Of a stretch of 63,823 bases of DNA, positions 44,380-54,351 are shown piece by piece; positions within the stretch are counted from its first letter, which is position 1; every line of letters starts with the position of its first letter. Both the position numbers and the translations under genes were made by a program. The notes beneath the pieces are model-generated. The model did no database searches, had not been told where the DNA came from, and was given only the letters and a program-made list of their open reading frames with translations. The stretch lies in assembly GCA_035353335.1 (NCBI GenBank), contig DAOPZJ010000005.1, forward strand, positions 8,530-72,352, in the 5' to 3' direction. The stretch comes from Oscillospiraceae bacterium. Its GTDB lineage: Bacteria; Bacillota; Clostridia; Oscillospirales; JAKOTC01.

Positions 44380-45054
44380 ATGAAAAAGACCCTTTACAGT
44401 TTAATGCTCTCGGACGACGTCGTGCAGGAAGTCGATCTGATGGCGCACCGGACCGGAACCAATCGTTCCAATCTTGTCAATCAGATTTTGGCCGATTATT
44501 TTTCCGTAACCACTTCGGAGCGCCGGATCAGCGATATTTTCCGCGCGATTGAGCAGCTCATGACGCCGATGCCGGAGTTGGTGCCGTTTTTCGCGCCGAA
44601 CGCGCTCACAATGTCGCTGAAATCTTCTTTATCATATAAATACCGGCCGACCATCAAATACGAAGTCGCGATGTATCGTTCGGATGAGGACGCTTTGGGC
44701 GATCTCTCGGTGATTTTCCGGACCCAGTCCCCGGCGCTGATCGACGCGGTGACCGAATTCTTTCGGCTCTGGAAAACCATCGAAGATCAGAATCTGCCGG
44801 TTCCCGTGGACTGCGCGCTTTATGACGGGCGATTTGTCAGAGCGATCGGCGTGCCGGAGGGCAGGGATTGTCCCCGCCGCGCGGATTATCCCCGCCGCGC
44901 GGATTGTTCCTGCGACGACATCGCCGGAGCGCTCTCGGACTATATCAAGCTGCTGGACCGGCTCCTGAAGGGCTATCTCACCGGCTCACTGAATGAAGCG
45001 GATGTGGAACGGGAATACCGGGAAGACCTCGCCAAGAGAGAATTTATGATTTAA
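44380..45054 (+). CDS. Ribbon-helix-helix (CopG/Arc-like) N-terminal domain protein of unknown function
   Basis: LYSLMLSDDVVQEVDLMAHRTGTNRSNLVNQILADYF has the beta-alpha-alpha RHH pattern. The remaining roughly 170 aa are unrecognised. The gene ends 42 bp upstream of clpB. Confidence 0.65.
   Translation: MKKTLYSLMLSDDVVQEVDLMAHRTGTNRSNLVNQILADYFSVTTSERRISDIFRAIEQLMTPMPELVPFFAPNALTMSLKSSLSYKYRPTIKYEVAMYRSDEDALGDLSVIFRTQSPALIDAVTEFFRLWKTIEDQNLPVPVDCALYDGRFVRAIGVPEGRDCPRRADYPRRADCSCDDIAGALSDYIKLLDRLLKGYLTGSLNEADVEREYREDLAKREFMI
44866..44907 (+). repeat. In-frame 18-bp tandem duplication (2.3 copies) inside the RHH-protein gene
   Basis: GATTGTCCCCGCCGCGCG / GATTATCCCCGCCGCGCG / GATTGT encodes DCPRRA-DYPRRA-DC. 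Confidence 0.85.
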
Positions 45055-45096
45055 ACTAAAAAACAAAAGGATTCCTGAAAGCAGGGAGGCATCAAT

Positions 45097-47688
45097 ATGA
45101 ACACCAATCAATATACACAAAAGACCATTGAGACCATCAACGCGGCACAGGGCATGGCACAGGAAAACGGCAATCCGTACCTGATGCCCGAGCATCTGTT
45201 GTACGCTTTAGTCGATCAGGACGGCGGGCTGATTTCGTCGCTGTTTACAAAGATGGGCGTCGACTGCGACGCGCTTCTCGGCGAACTCGACACGATGATC
45301 GGCGCGCTGCCCAAGGTCTCGGGCGGCAGCGGGGAAGTGTACGCCTCCGCCGAAACCGGAAAAGTACTTCGGTTTGCCGAGAAGGTCGCCGAGAAGATGA
45401 ACGACGAATACGTCTCGGTCGAGCATCTGGCGCTCGGCCTTCTCTCCGAGGGCACACCGCAGATCAAAAAGCTGTTTTCGCAGCACAACGTCACAAAAGA
45501 GCGTTTCTCCGAAGAACTCTCGAAAGTCAAGACCGCGCCGGTGACCTCGGACAACCCCGAGAGCACTTATGAAGCGCTGAAAAAATACGGCATTGATCTG
45601 GTCGAACGGGCCAGAAAGCAGGAGCTCGATCCGGTCATCGGGCGTGACCCCGAGATCAGAAACGTCATCCGGATACTGTCGCGCAAGACCAAAAACAATC
45701 CGGTGCTCATCGGCGAACCGGGCGTCGGCAAGACCGCCATCGCCGAGGGGCTTGCGCAGCGCATCGTGCGCGGCGACGTCCCCGAGGGCCTTAAAGAAAA
45801 AACCATCTTTGCGCTCGATATGGGTGCTCTGATCGCGGGCGCGAAATACCGGGGTGAATTCGAAGAACGGCTCAAAGCGGTGCTGAACGAGGTCAAACAA
45901 GCCGAGGGCAGGATCATCATGTTCATCGACGAGCTGCATACCATCGTCGGTGCCGGGAAAACCGAGGGCAGCATGGATGCGGGCAACCTGCTCAAACCGA
46001 TGCTTGCGCGCGGAGAGCTGCACTGCATCGGTGCGACGACCCTCGACGAATACCGCAAATACATCGAAAAAGACGCGGCATTGGAGCGGCGTTTTCAGCC
46101 GGTCACGGTCGACGAGCCGACGGTTGAGGACACGGTCTCGATTCTGCGCGGCTTGAAAGAACGCTACGAAATCTACCACGGCGTCCGTATTCACGATAAC
46201 GCGCTGGTTGCAGCCGCAACCCTCTCACACCGCTATATCACCGACCGCTTTCTGCCCGATAAGGCCATCGACCTCGTCGACGAGGCCTGTGCTTTGATCC
46301 GTACCGAGATTGACTCAATGCCGTCCGAACTGGACGACCTGCGCCGCCGCATCATGCAGCTGGAGATTGAGGAGATGGCGCTGAAAAAGGAAGACGACCA
46401 ACTTTCGCGCGACCGGCTTTCCAAACTGACCGCCGAACTGGCCGAACAAAAAGACCAGTTTAATGCTATGAAAGCACGCTGGGAGTCCGAAAAGCACAGC
46501 GTCGATCGGGTCAAGGACATCAAAGTAAAGATCGAGCAAATGCACGGCGACATCGAGCAGGCGCAGGTCAATCTCGAATACGAAAAAGCCGCAAAGCTCA
46601 AATACTCCGATCTGCCCGCGCTCGAAAAACAGCTTGAACAAGCCGTTGCCGACAGCGAAAAGCGCTCCGGCGGCAATGAACTCGTGCACGATACCGTCAC
46701 CGAGGAGGAGATCGCCGGAATCGTCGCCAAGTGGACCGGAATTCCGGTCACAAGGCTCATGGAAGGCGAGCGCGAAAAGCTGCTGCACCTCGATGAGATC
46801 ATACACAAGCGTGTGATCGGACAGGACGAAGCCGTCAAACTCGTCACCGAGGCGATTCTGCGTTCGCGCGCGGGCATCGCCGACCCGAACCGCCCGATCG
46901 GCAGCTTTTTGTTTCTCGGGCCGACCGGCGTCGGCAAAACCGAACTCGCCAAATCGTTAGCCGAATGTCTGTTCGACGACGAACACAACCTCGTGCGCAT
47001 CGATATGACCGAATACATGGAAAAATTCTCAGTCTCGCGCCTCATCGGCGCGCCTCCCGGTTATGTCGGTTACGACGAAGGCGGACAGCTGACCGAAGCC
47101 GTGCGCCGCAAACCCTACAGCGTCATACTGTTTGACGAGGTCGAAAAGGCTCATCCCGATGTTTTCAACATCCTGCTGCAAATCCTCGACGACGGCAGAA
47201 TCACCGACAGCCAGGGCCGCACGGTCGATTTCAAGAACACCATCATCATCCTGACCTCGAATCTGGGCAGCCAGTATCTGCTCGAGGGCATCACGCCCGA
47301 AGGTGAGATCACCAAAGAGGCGCAGGCGGCAGTCATGAACGAGGTCAAAAACGCTTTCAGACCGGAATTTTTGAATCGTTTGGACGAGATCATCCTGTTC
47401 AAGCCGCTGACAAAAGCCAACCTGACCGGCATCATCGACATCCTGACCGAGGGCTTGAAAAAACGCCTTGCCGACAAGACGCTCGGACTCGAGATCACCG
47501 ACGCAGCCAAGAACCTGATCATCGACAAAGGTTTCGACCCTTACTACGGCGCAAGGCCGCTTAAACGGTATCTGCAGAGCGCAGCCGAGACGCTGATCGC
47601 AAAGGAGATCCTGCGCGGCGACATCTCCGCCGGCAGCACGCTTTTGCTCGGCGCAAAAGACGGCGAACTGGTCTGCGCAAAGAAATAA
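45097..47688 (+). CDS. clpB: AAA+ disaggregase ClpB
   Basis: 863 aa, with the Clp N-domain, two NBDs ([10 protein letters not shown] and [12 protein letters not shown]) and the long middle coiled-coil. Confidence 0.97.
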   Translation: MNTNQYTQKTIETINAAQGMAQENGNPYLMPEHLLYALVDQDGGLISSLFTKMGVDCDALLGELDTMIGALPKVSGGSGEVYASAETGKVLRFAEKVAEKMNDEYVSVEHLALGLLSEGTPQIKKLFSQHNVTKERFSEELSKVKTAPVTSDNPESTYEALKKYGIDLVERARKQELDPVIGRDPEIRNVIRILSRKTKNNPVLIGEPGVGKTAIAEGLAQRIVRGDVPEGLKEKTIFALDMGALIAGAKYRGEFEERLKAVLNEVKQAEGRIIMFIDELHTIVGAGKTEGSMDAGNLLKPMLARGELHCIGATTLDEYRKYIEKDAALERRFQPVTVDEPTVEDTVSILRGLKERYEIYHGVRIHDNALVAAATLSHRYITDRFLPDKAIDLVDEACALIRTEIDSMPSELDDLRRRIMQLEIEEMALKKEDDQLSRDRLSKLTAELAEQKDQFNAMKARWESEKHSVDRVKDIKVKIEQMHGDIEQAQVNLEYEKAAKLKYSDLPALEKQLEQAVADSEKRSGGNELVHDTVTEEEIAGIVAKWTGIPVTRLMEGEREKLLHLDEIIHKRVIGQDEAVKLVTEAILRSRAGIADPNRPIGSFLFLGPTGVGKTELAKSLAECLFDDEHNLVRIDMTEYMEKFSVSRLIGAPPGYVGYDEGGQLTEAVRRKPYSVILFDEVEKAHPDVFNILLQILDDGRITDSQGRTVDFKNTIIILTSNLGSQYLLEGITPEGEITKEAQAAVMNEVKNAFRPEFLNRLDEIILFKPLTKANLTGIIDILTEGLKKRLADKTLGLEITDAAKNLIIDKGFDPYYGARPLKRYLQSAAETLIAKEILRGDISAGSTLLLGAKDGELVCAKK

Positions 47689-47694
47689 TGCAAT

Positions 47695-47734
47695 AAAACG
47701 AGTCCGCGGCTTTTACCCAGGACTCGTTTTATTT
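47695..47734 (+). terminator. clpB terminator
   Basis: AAAACGAGTCC, a loop, then GGACTCGTTTTATTT. Confidence 0.75.
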
Positions 47735-47827
47735 ACCGTTTCTTAAAATATTTTATTCCTATTATTGACAAAGCCGGGGTTTCCTATATATAATAATAGT
47801 TGAATAAAGCTGCGGAGGAGGATATTT

Positions 47828-48286
47828 ATGTACTGCCGAAAATGCGGAGTGGAAAACCAGGATCACGCAAAATTCTGCGCGGAATGCGGTGAGAGGCTGG
47901 ACGTCTCTCAATCGCAGAATCAGAATTCGAATACATACCAATCCCAACCCCGGTATCCCTATCCGCCCCAATCCCAATATCCGAATCCGCCTCAGTCTCA
48001 GCAGCAATACTATCCGCCGTACCAGCAGCCCTATTATCAGCAGGATATGTATGCGCAGCAGGCAGCCGCGAACAGCGCGGCTAACGCCTCACTCACATGC
48101 GGAATCATCGGCCTTATCATCGGAGGATGGATACTCGGAATTATCGCGATCTCACAGAGCAATAAGGCGAAAAATATGGGTTATGTCGGCGGCAAGGCTA
48201 CAGCCGGGCTGGTTCTCGGCATCATCGACATCATCGGCTCGGTGATTGTTTCCATTGCTTTGATGTCTCAAATGGCGAATTATTGA
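47828..48286 (+). CDS. Zinc-ribbon / PQ-rich / DUF4190-type membrane protein
   Basis: MYCRKCG...CAECG, then a Q/P/Y-rich linker, then two TM segments (GIIGLIIGGWILGIIAI). Confidence 0.75.
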   Translation: MYCRKCGVENQDHAKFCAECGERLDVSQSQNQNSNTYQSQPRYPYPPQSQYPNPPQSQQQYYPPYQQPYYQQDMYAQQAAANSAANASLTCGIIGLIIGGWILGIIAISQSNKAKNMGYVGGKATAGLVLGIIDIIGSVIVSIALMSQMANY

Positions 48287-48332
48287 TTTTTTGTCCATAG
48301 CCGAAAAATTCCAAAAACATCCGGTTTATCAA

Positions 48333-48367
48333 GACACCCGCGTATTCTCTGCGGGCGTCTTTTTTTA
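48333..48367 (+). terminator. Terminator
   Basis: GACACCCGC, a loop, then GCGGGCGTCTTTTTTT. Confidence 0.7.
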
Positions 48368-48492
48368 ATTATCGCGACGGAGAATCAATGATCTGCGGGC
48401 TTGCTTTTCTCGGGCGCTAAAGTTACATGCCCATAAATCTTTCTGTTAATCAGAAACGCCGCAACTGTTCACTTTTCATTGTAAACTGTTAA

Positions 48493-49140
48493 CTAAATTA
48501 AAATTTTTCTGAGCGTCTCCATGTTTTCGACAATATGCGCAGCACCGGCTTTTTCAAACTCTTCCCGGCTGCCGTAACCGTATAACACGCCGATGGAATC
48601 CATACCGACCGCTTTCGCGCCCAGGACGTCGTGTTCCCGGTCACCGACCATCACGCATTCAGCCAAGTTTACAGGGCCGATGCTGTCAAGCGCATATTCA
48701 ATGACCTCGCTTTTTACGGTTCTTGTCTCATCGAGGGTGGAACCGGCGACAAACGAAAAATATTCCGCAAGCCCGAAATGCTCTAAAATTTGTTTGGCGA
48801 AGACCTCGGGTTTCGAAGTCGCGATAACAAGCGTCTTTTCGGCGGCTTTCAATTCGGCTAAAAGCTTTTTTATGCCCGCGTAAGGCACATTTTCAAAAAT
48901 TCCTTTATCTTTGAAATATTCACGAAAACAGACAACCGCTTTTTCGGCTTGCTCTCGTGAAAACCCGTAGAATTTCATAAATGAATCGATCAGCGGCGGG
49001 CCGACAAACGGGTAGAGCTGTTTATTGTCCCCGACATGAATTCCGAACCGCTCCAATGCATATTTGACCGAGTTGGTGATACCCAGCCCCGGGTCGGTCA
49101 GCGTACCGTCGAGATCGAATAGTATTATTTTATAACTCAT
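48493..49140 (-). CDS. HAD-IA family hydrolase (phosphoglycolate-phosphatase-like)
   Basis: ILFDLDGTLTD, ATSK and VGDREHD. Confidence 0.85.
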   Translation of the reverse strand: MSYKIILFDLDGTLTDPGLGITNSVKYALERFGIHVGDNKQLYPFVGPPLIDSFMKFYGFSREQAEKAVVCFREYFKDKGIFENVPYAGIKKLLAELKAAEKTLVIATSKPEVFAKQILEHFGLAEYFSFVAGSTLDETRTVKSEVIEYALDSIGPVNLAECVMVGDREHDVLGAKAVGMDSIGVLYGYGSREEFEKAGAAHIVENMETLRKILI

Positions 49141-49684
49141 ATTCCGCGACCTCGCAGTTATTCAGCGTAAAACCATGCATTTCTTCATAAGAAAGCCCTT
49201 TGAGCTGTTTGTTTATCATCCGCGAGACAAATCCGTGGCATACCAACAGCACGGTTTTATCCGGAAACCGTGTTTTCAATTCTTCTAAACCCGAAATAAT
49301 CCCGGCTTCAAACTGGCGGATGGTCTCGCCTCCGGTCGGTGCATCGTCGAGTTGTCTGGTACACCATCTGTTGAAAAGTTCGGGGTATTGATTTTTCGCC
49401 TCTTCTTTTGTCAATCCCTCAAACACGCCCACACTCCGCTCTGCGAAAATTTTTATGATCACAAGCGGTGTTTCCGGGCAGCGATTTAAAATTGTCTCGG
49501 CAGTTTTGCGCGCACGGGCTAACGGGGAAGAGACGGTGACGTCGAATTTGATATCTGCGAGTTTTTGCGCAAGCGCTTCGGCTTGTTGAAGACCGTTTTG
49601 ATTCAGCGGAACGTCACTGCTTCCCGCATATTTTCCTTGAACGTTGTTATCGGTCTCTCCGTGCCGGGCAACATATAAGTGCAT
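49130..49684 (-). CDS. Histidine phosphatase family protein (PGAM/CobC-like)
   Basis: LYVARHGETDNN (RHG motif) and VCHGF. Confidence 0.85.
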   Translation of the reverse strand: MHLYVARHGETDNNVQGKYAGSSDVPLNQNGLQQAEALAQKLADIKFDVTVSSPLARARKTAETILNRCPETPLVIIKIFAERSVGVFEGLTKEEAKNQYPELFNRWCTRQLDDAPTGGETIRQFEAGIISGLEELKTRFPDKTVLLVCHGFVSRMINKQLKGLSYEEMHGFTLNNCEVAEYEL

Positions 49685-49778
49685 AAATAAGATAAATACC
49701 TTTCTCTTAGCGAAAAACGGTGACGGCAGGTTGTGTCGTCACCGCTTTTATGATTCATTTAATTCGGGTTAATTACAA

Positions 49779-50420
49779 TTACATTTTGCCTTCGCAGATT
49801 TTCAGAGCGACTTCCGCAGCGGAAGCGGCGTCCGGTGTGTAGTAATCGGCGCCGACCTGTTTGCAGAACGCGTCGGTGACAGGCGCTCCGCCGACCATGA
49901 TCTTGACCTTGTTGCGGATGCCTTCTTTTTCAGCCACTTTGACGACGTCGCCGATGGCACCCATTGTGGTGGTCAGCAGCGCGGAGCAGCAGATGATCTG
50001 GCAGTTCTGGGTCTTGGCGGCTTCGACAAAGGTCTCGGGAGCGACGTCGGTGCCGAGGTCGACGACTTCGATGCCCTGGCCTTCGATCATCATCTTGACG
50101 AGGTTCTTGCCGATGTCATGCAGGTCGCCCTTGACGGTGCCGATGCAGACTTTGCCTTTGGCCTGTACGCCCTCAGCCACCATCAGCGGCTTGAGCAGCG
50201 CGACGCCGGCGTTCATTGCACGGGCGGCGATCAGAACTTCGGGGACGTAGACTTCGTTGTTCTTGAATTTGGTGCCGATGATGGTCATACCGGCGAGCAG
50301 GCCTTTATCAAGAATTTGACCGGCCGGGATTTTCTGGTCGATGGCGCTTTGGACGAGGGCTTCGACGTCCTTCCGTTTACCCTTTTGAAGCATCTCGGAA
50401 ATTTCTTCGAAAATTGTCAT
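49779..50420 (-). CDS. Cobalamin-binding corrinoid protein (MtaC/MtbC-like)
   Basis: An N-terminal B12-binding_2 helical cap is followed by GTVKGDLHDIGKNLV (DxHxxG) and GGAP. Confidence 0.88.
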   Translation of the reverse strand: MTIFEEISEMLQKGKRKDVEALVQSAIDQKIPAGQILDKGLLAGMTIIGTKFKNNEVYVPEVLIAARAMNAGVALLKPLMVAEGVQAKGKVCIGTVKGDLHDIGKNLVKMMIEGQGIEVVDLGTDVAPETFVEAAKTQNCQIICCSALLTTTMGAIGDVVKVAEKEGIRNKVKIMVGGAPVTDAFCKQVGADYYTPDAASAAEVALKICEGKM

Positions 50421-50566
50421 TGCAATTCCTCCGTGCAAATTTGTCGTTTCTATTACCGCTTGGCGGTTGTTATCATTTTATCACAATGAAAAATGAAATT
50501 TTATAAAAATATTTCGATTTATATAAATATCATCCTGTATGGATACTATTGTGAATACCGAATCGA

Positions 50567-52204
50567 TTATTTTGTCGTCTGCTTTTCGACGAGCCGTCCG
50601 CCGCAGTATTTTTCGCGCAGTTTGGGCTTTTCGATTTTACCGGTCGGATTGCGCGGCACAACGTCGAAGATGAATTTTTTCGGTCGTTTATAACGCGGCA
50701 TCTCGGCGCAGAATTCCTCGAGCTCGGTTTCGGTGCAGGTCATGCCGGGCTTGACCTCGACAATGGCGGCAGCGATTTCACCCAGCCGGTCATCCGGAAG
50801 ACCGATAACAGCCACGTCTTTAAGCTTGTTATTTCGGCGCAAATAATCCTCGATTTGAACGGGGTAGAGGTTTTCTCCGCCTGTGATGATCACGTCTTTT
50901 TTACGGTCGACGAGGTAGATGAAGCCGTCCCCGTCGTATTTTGCCATATCGCCGGTCAGCAGCCAGCCGTCGCCTTTTAAAATCTCCTCGGTCGCCTTGG
51001 GGTTCTTATAATAACGCTTCATCACGCCGACGCCTTTGACTGCCAGTTCGCCGACTTTTTCGCTCTCTTTGATTTCCGTGCCCGTCTCGTCGACGATCTT
51101 GGTCTCCCACAGATATCCGGCTTTTCCGATTGCGCCGACTTTATGGATATTCTCGATACCCAAATGGACACAACCCGGTCCGAGAGATTCGGACAGCCCG
51201 TAATTGGTGTCGTAGTCGTGATGCGGGAAGACCTGCTTCCAGCGTTTGATCAGACTCGGCGGTACCGGCTGCGCGCCGACGTGCATCAGCCTCCACTGAG
51301 CGAGGTTGAAATTTTCAAGCTTGATATCGCCGCGTTCGATGCTGTCCAGGATATCCTGCACCCACGGCACCAGCAGCCAAACGATGGTCGCGTGCTCATC
51401 CGAAACCGCGCGCAAGACCCATTCCGGTTTGACGCCGCGCAGTAAAACGGCTCTCGAGCAAGCCAGCAAGCTGCCGAACCAGTGCATCTTCGCGCCGGTG
51501 TGGTAGAGCGGGGGAATGCAGAGAAACACATCTTCACGGCCTTGGCTGTGGTGGTTTTGCTCGGTCTGGCAAGAGGCCACAAGCCCCTTGTGCGTATGTA
51601 AAATCGCTTTCGGAAATCCGGTCGTTCCCGACGAGAAATAGATGGCGGCGTCGTCGTCTTCGGTCAGTTCGATCGCCGGCGCAACCGAGGAACAATAACC
51701 GGCGTATTCGTCGTAACTGTCGGCGAAACACGGCGTATCGGCACCGACATAGAACATGCGTTTGATGTCGGTCAGAGAATCGACGATCTGCTCGATCCTT
51801 CCGACGAATTCCGGCCCGAAAATCAAAGTCGTCGAGTCCGACAGATCAAGACAGTATTTGATCTCGTCCGCGGTGTAGCGGTAATTCATCGGCACCGCGA
51901 GCGCGCCCGTTTTGAGGATGCCGAAATAGATCGGCAGCCACTCGAGGCAGTTCATCAGCAAGACCGCGACTTTATCACCCTTTTTCACGCCTCTGCTCAG
52001 CAGAAGATTGGCAAACCGGTTGGCTTTGATGTCGAAATCGCGCCAGGTCATCTCGCGGCGGTATTTTCCGCCCGGCGCCGATTCGATCAGATTATATTCG
52101 CGCCAGGTCACATGCTCGGGGTGCAGGGCGGGGTTGATCTCGACCAGCGCCACCTCGGTCGGGTGCAAACGCGCGTTTCGCTCCAAAAAATCGGTGATAA
52201 TCAT
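50567..52204 (-). CDS. AMP-dependent synthetase/ligase (acyl- or aryl-CoA ligase family)
   Basis: AMP-binding motif YFSSGTTGFPKAIL, then YGLSE, LLTGDMAKYDGDGFIYLVDRKKDVIITGGENLYP and PRNPTGKIEK. Confidence 0.9.
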   Translation of the reverse strand: MIITDFLERNARLHPTEVALVEINPALHPEHVTWREYNLIESAPGGKYRREMTWRDFDIKANRFANLLLSRGVKKGDKVAVLLMNCLEWLPIYFGILKTGALAVPMNYRYTADEIKYCLDLSDSTTLIFGPEFVGRIEQIVDSLTDIKRMFYVGADTPCFADSYDEYAGYCSSVAPAIELTEDDDAAIYFSSGTTGFPKAILHTHKGLVASCQTEQNHHSQGREDVFLCIPPLYHTGAKMHWFGSLLACSRAVLLRGVKPEWVLRAVSDEHATIVWLLVPWVQDILDSIERGDIKLENFNLAQWRLMHVGAQPVPPSLIKRWKQVFPHHDYDTNYGLSESLGPGCVHLGIENIHKVGAIGKAGYLWETKIVDETGTEIKESEKVGELAVKGVGVMKRYYKNPKATEEILKGDGWLLTGDMAKYDGDGFIYLVDRKKDVIITGGENLYPVQIEDYLRRNNKLKDVAVIGLPDDRLGEIAAAIVEVKPGMTCTETELEEFCAEMPRYKRPKKFIFDVVPRNPTGKIEKPKLREKYCGGRLVEKQTTK

Positions 52205-52234
52205 GTCGTTTTACAGTCCTTTCAGAAAATAAAT

Positions 52235-52545
52235 AAAATAAAACGCCCCCGTTACGGGATGCATACTTGTCAGCATGCGCCGTAATAACGGAGGGCGATC
52301 AAATTCGCGGTACCACCTCGGTTTGCGTCCGGTTCGCGCCGGACGCCTCTGCGGGTACAAAACGACGATCTGTCATTTTATATCCTGCCGCTGTAACGGG
52401 CGGGCCCGTCGCCGCCTACTCGGAAGTCCTTTCGGGGCGCGGCTCTCGGGATGTATTCAAAAGGGCTCTCCCCGCGCCTCTCACCGACCGGCAGCTCTCT
52501 TTGGGGCAGCGTACTTTTTACTTCTTCCCGGTCATGGCCGGTGCA
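52235..52545 (-). promoter_or_regulatory. T-box riboswitch leader, apparent specifier UAC (Tyr)
   Basis: In order on the minus strand: a GA/K-turn-like base; AG bulge AAAGAGAG; specifier loop TTGAATACAT (UAC is the complement of 52453-52455); Stem II S-turn GAGTAGG; F-box CCGTTA; Stem III GCGTCCGG/CCGGACGC; and T-box AACCGAGGTGGTACCGCG (complement of 52306-52317). A terminator CGCCCTCCGTTA...TAACGGGGGCG plus TTTTATTTT competes with the antiterminator. Confidence 0.85.
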
Positions 52546-52548
52546 AAA

Positions 52549-52577
52549 ATTGTAGCATATTGTAAAACGGATGTCAA
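52549..52577 (-). promoter_or_regulatory. Promoter of the T-box leader
   Basis: On the minus strand: TTGACA (52577-52572), a 17-nt spacer, then TACAAT (52554-52549). Confidence 0.6.
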
Positions 52578-52747
52578 ATGATTTATAAAAGTACGTTATG
52601 ACTTTCATTTACTGAAGGCTTCCTGTTTTATATGCGCTTTCTTTTATATACGAGGAAAATACTCGGATTCCGTTAAATATTTATGTAAATCAGGAGAGAC
52701 GATTGTCAACTGGTTAGACAATTGGCGAACCATTTAATAAAATTACT

Positions 52748-52796
52748 AAAAAATCCGATCATTAAGAGTTTCGTCTTAATAGGATCGGGTTTTTTA
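52748..52796. terminator. Bidirectional terminator downstream of the PaaK-like gene
   Basis: AAAAAATCCGATCATTAAGAG, a loop, then GTCTTAATAGGATCGGGTTTTTT. Confidence 0.7.
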
Positions 52797-52831
52797 AGGT
52801 ATTTTCCTGATACCGAAAATAACAGTATGTA

Positions 52832-54142
52832 TTAGTTGTTAAACAAGTTTCTCCGGTCGATCACGCGCTTGGCTTTGCCCTCGCTTCTCGGAATCGATTT
52901 CGGGGCGACGAGCCGGACGTCGGCGTTGATGTTGAGAACCGACTGGATCTGGCTCTGCAGTTTGCGCTCAACGGCTTCGACCCGGTCAATCTTATCGGAG
53001 AACATCTCGGATGTCATTTCAACCTCGATCGAGAGTTCGTCGAGATTGCCCTTGCGGTCGACGTAGAGCATATAATGCGGCTCAACCTGACCCATCGAGA
53101 GTAAAACGCTCTCAACCTGAGACGGGAAGACGTTGACGCCGCGGATGATCAGCATGTCGTCACTTCTGCCGATGACCTTTTTCATCTTGGGAAGCGTTCT
53201 GCCGCATTCGCAGGTGCCGAAAGATAACGACGAGAGGTCGCGGGTGCGGTAGCGGATCATCGGAAGCGCTTCTTTGGTGATGCAGGTGAACACGATTTCA
53301 CCGGTCTGACCTTCGGGCAGCACTTCGCCGGTCTCGGGATTGATGATCTCGGGGTAAAAATGGTCGGCGTTGACGTGCAGGCCTTCGCCGTAGTTGCAGG
53401 ACATCGCGACGCCCGGTCCGATGACCTCAGAGAGGCCGTAGATGTCGTAGGCCTTGAGTCCGAGCCGCTGCTCGATCTCGTCTTTCATCAGTTCCGACCA
53501 CGGCTCCGCGCCGAAGACGCCGGCCTTGAGTTTAAGCGACGAAAGCGGGATATTGTTGTCGCGGATGTAGTCGGCCAAGAACAGCGAATAAGACGGCGTG
53601 CAGCATAAAATGGTCGAACCCAAATCCTGCATCAGCTGAATCTGACGCGCGGTGTTGCCGCCGGAAGTCGGGATGGTCAGCGCGCCCAGACGCTCGCTCC
53701 CGTAATGCAGGCCCAGGCCGCCCGTGAAAAGCCCGTAGCCGTAAGAGACCTGAATGATGTCGTGTTTCGAAGCGCCGGCCATGACCAGACAGCGCGCCAC
53801 GCAGTCGGCCCACATTTTGACGTCGTTTTTGGTGACGCCGACGATGATGGATTTTCCGGTCGTTCCGGACGAGGCATGGATGCGGACAATTTGATCGTTC
53901 GGGACGGCAAAGGTGCCAAAGGGATAATTGTCGCGCAGATCGGCCTTGGTCATGAACGGGAGCTTATGTAAGTCCTGCACCCCTTTGATATCGGAGGGTT
54001 TCAGGCCGCATTGATCCATTCTGTCGTGATAAAATCGTACATTATTATAGACCCGGTTCACCGTATTGCAGAGACGCTCATCCTGGAGCTTCTTCATCTC
54101 ATCTGCGGACATGCATTCGTGTTTCTGGTCAAAATAACGCAT
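52832..54142 (-). CDS. Phenylacetate--CoA ligase family protein (PaaK / F390-synthetase-like)
   Basis: LQDERLCNTVNRVYNNVRFYHDRM, LPFMTKADLRDNYPFG, HASSGTTGK and RSDDMLIIRGVNVFP. The start is at MRYFDQ after AAAGGTGG. Confidence 0.88.
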   Translation of the reverse strand: MRYFDQKHECMSADEMKKLQDERLCNTVNRVYNNVRFYHDRMDQCGLKPSDIKGVQDLHKLPFMTKADLRDNYPFGTFAVPNDQIVRIHASSGTTGKSIIVGVTKNDVKMWADCVARCLVMAGASKHDIIQVSYGYGLFTGGLGLHYGSERLGALTIPTSGGNTARQIQLMQDLGSTILCCTPSYSLFLADYIRDNNIPLSSLKLKAGVFGAEPWSELMKDEIEQRLGLKAYDIYGLSEVIGPGVAMSCNYGEGLHVNADHFYPEIINPETGEVLPEGQTGEIVFTCITKEALPMIRYRTRDLSSLSFGTCECGRTLPKMKKVIGRSDDMLIIRGVNVFPSQVESVLLSMGQVEPHYMLYVDRKGNLDELSIEVEMTSEMFSDKIDRVEAVERKLQSQIQSVLNINADVRLVAPKSIPRSEGKAKRVIDRRNLFNN

Positions 54143-54351
54143 TGAAAATACCACCTTTACTAAAGTATGTAAATTAATGCAGGAGAAAACCCAAAAAAGG
54201 AATGACGTTTTCCCACATTTTAATGGATTATATCACACTGTCCCGTGCTGCGCAAGCAATTTTACCCAAAATCGACAATTTATTCTGTAATTTTATGCAA
54301 TTAATACGAATTTTAATTCAAATCAGTCCAAGCAGTGTCTGATCGGTGCGG

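Noticed and set aside
52267-52608. Three overlapping ORFs (104, 96 and 76 aa) in the gap upstream of the CoA-ligase gene, and a fleeting resemblance of CGGAAGTCC to the RNase P GGAAAGTCC box.
   Set aside because: The region is a complete T-box leader on the minus strand. Other RNase P hallmarks are absent and the length is too short.
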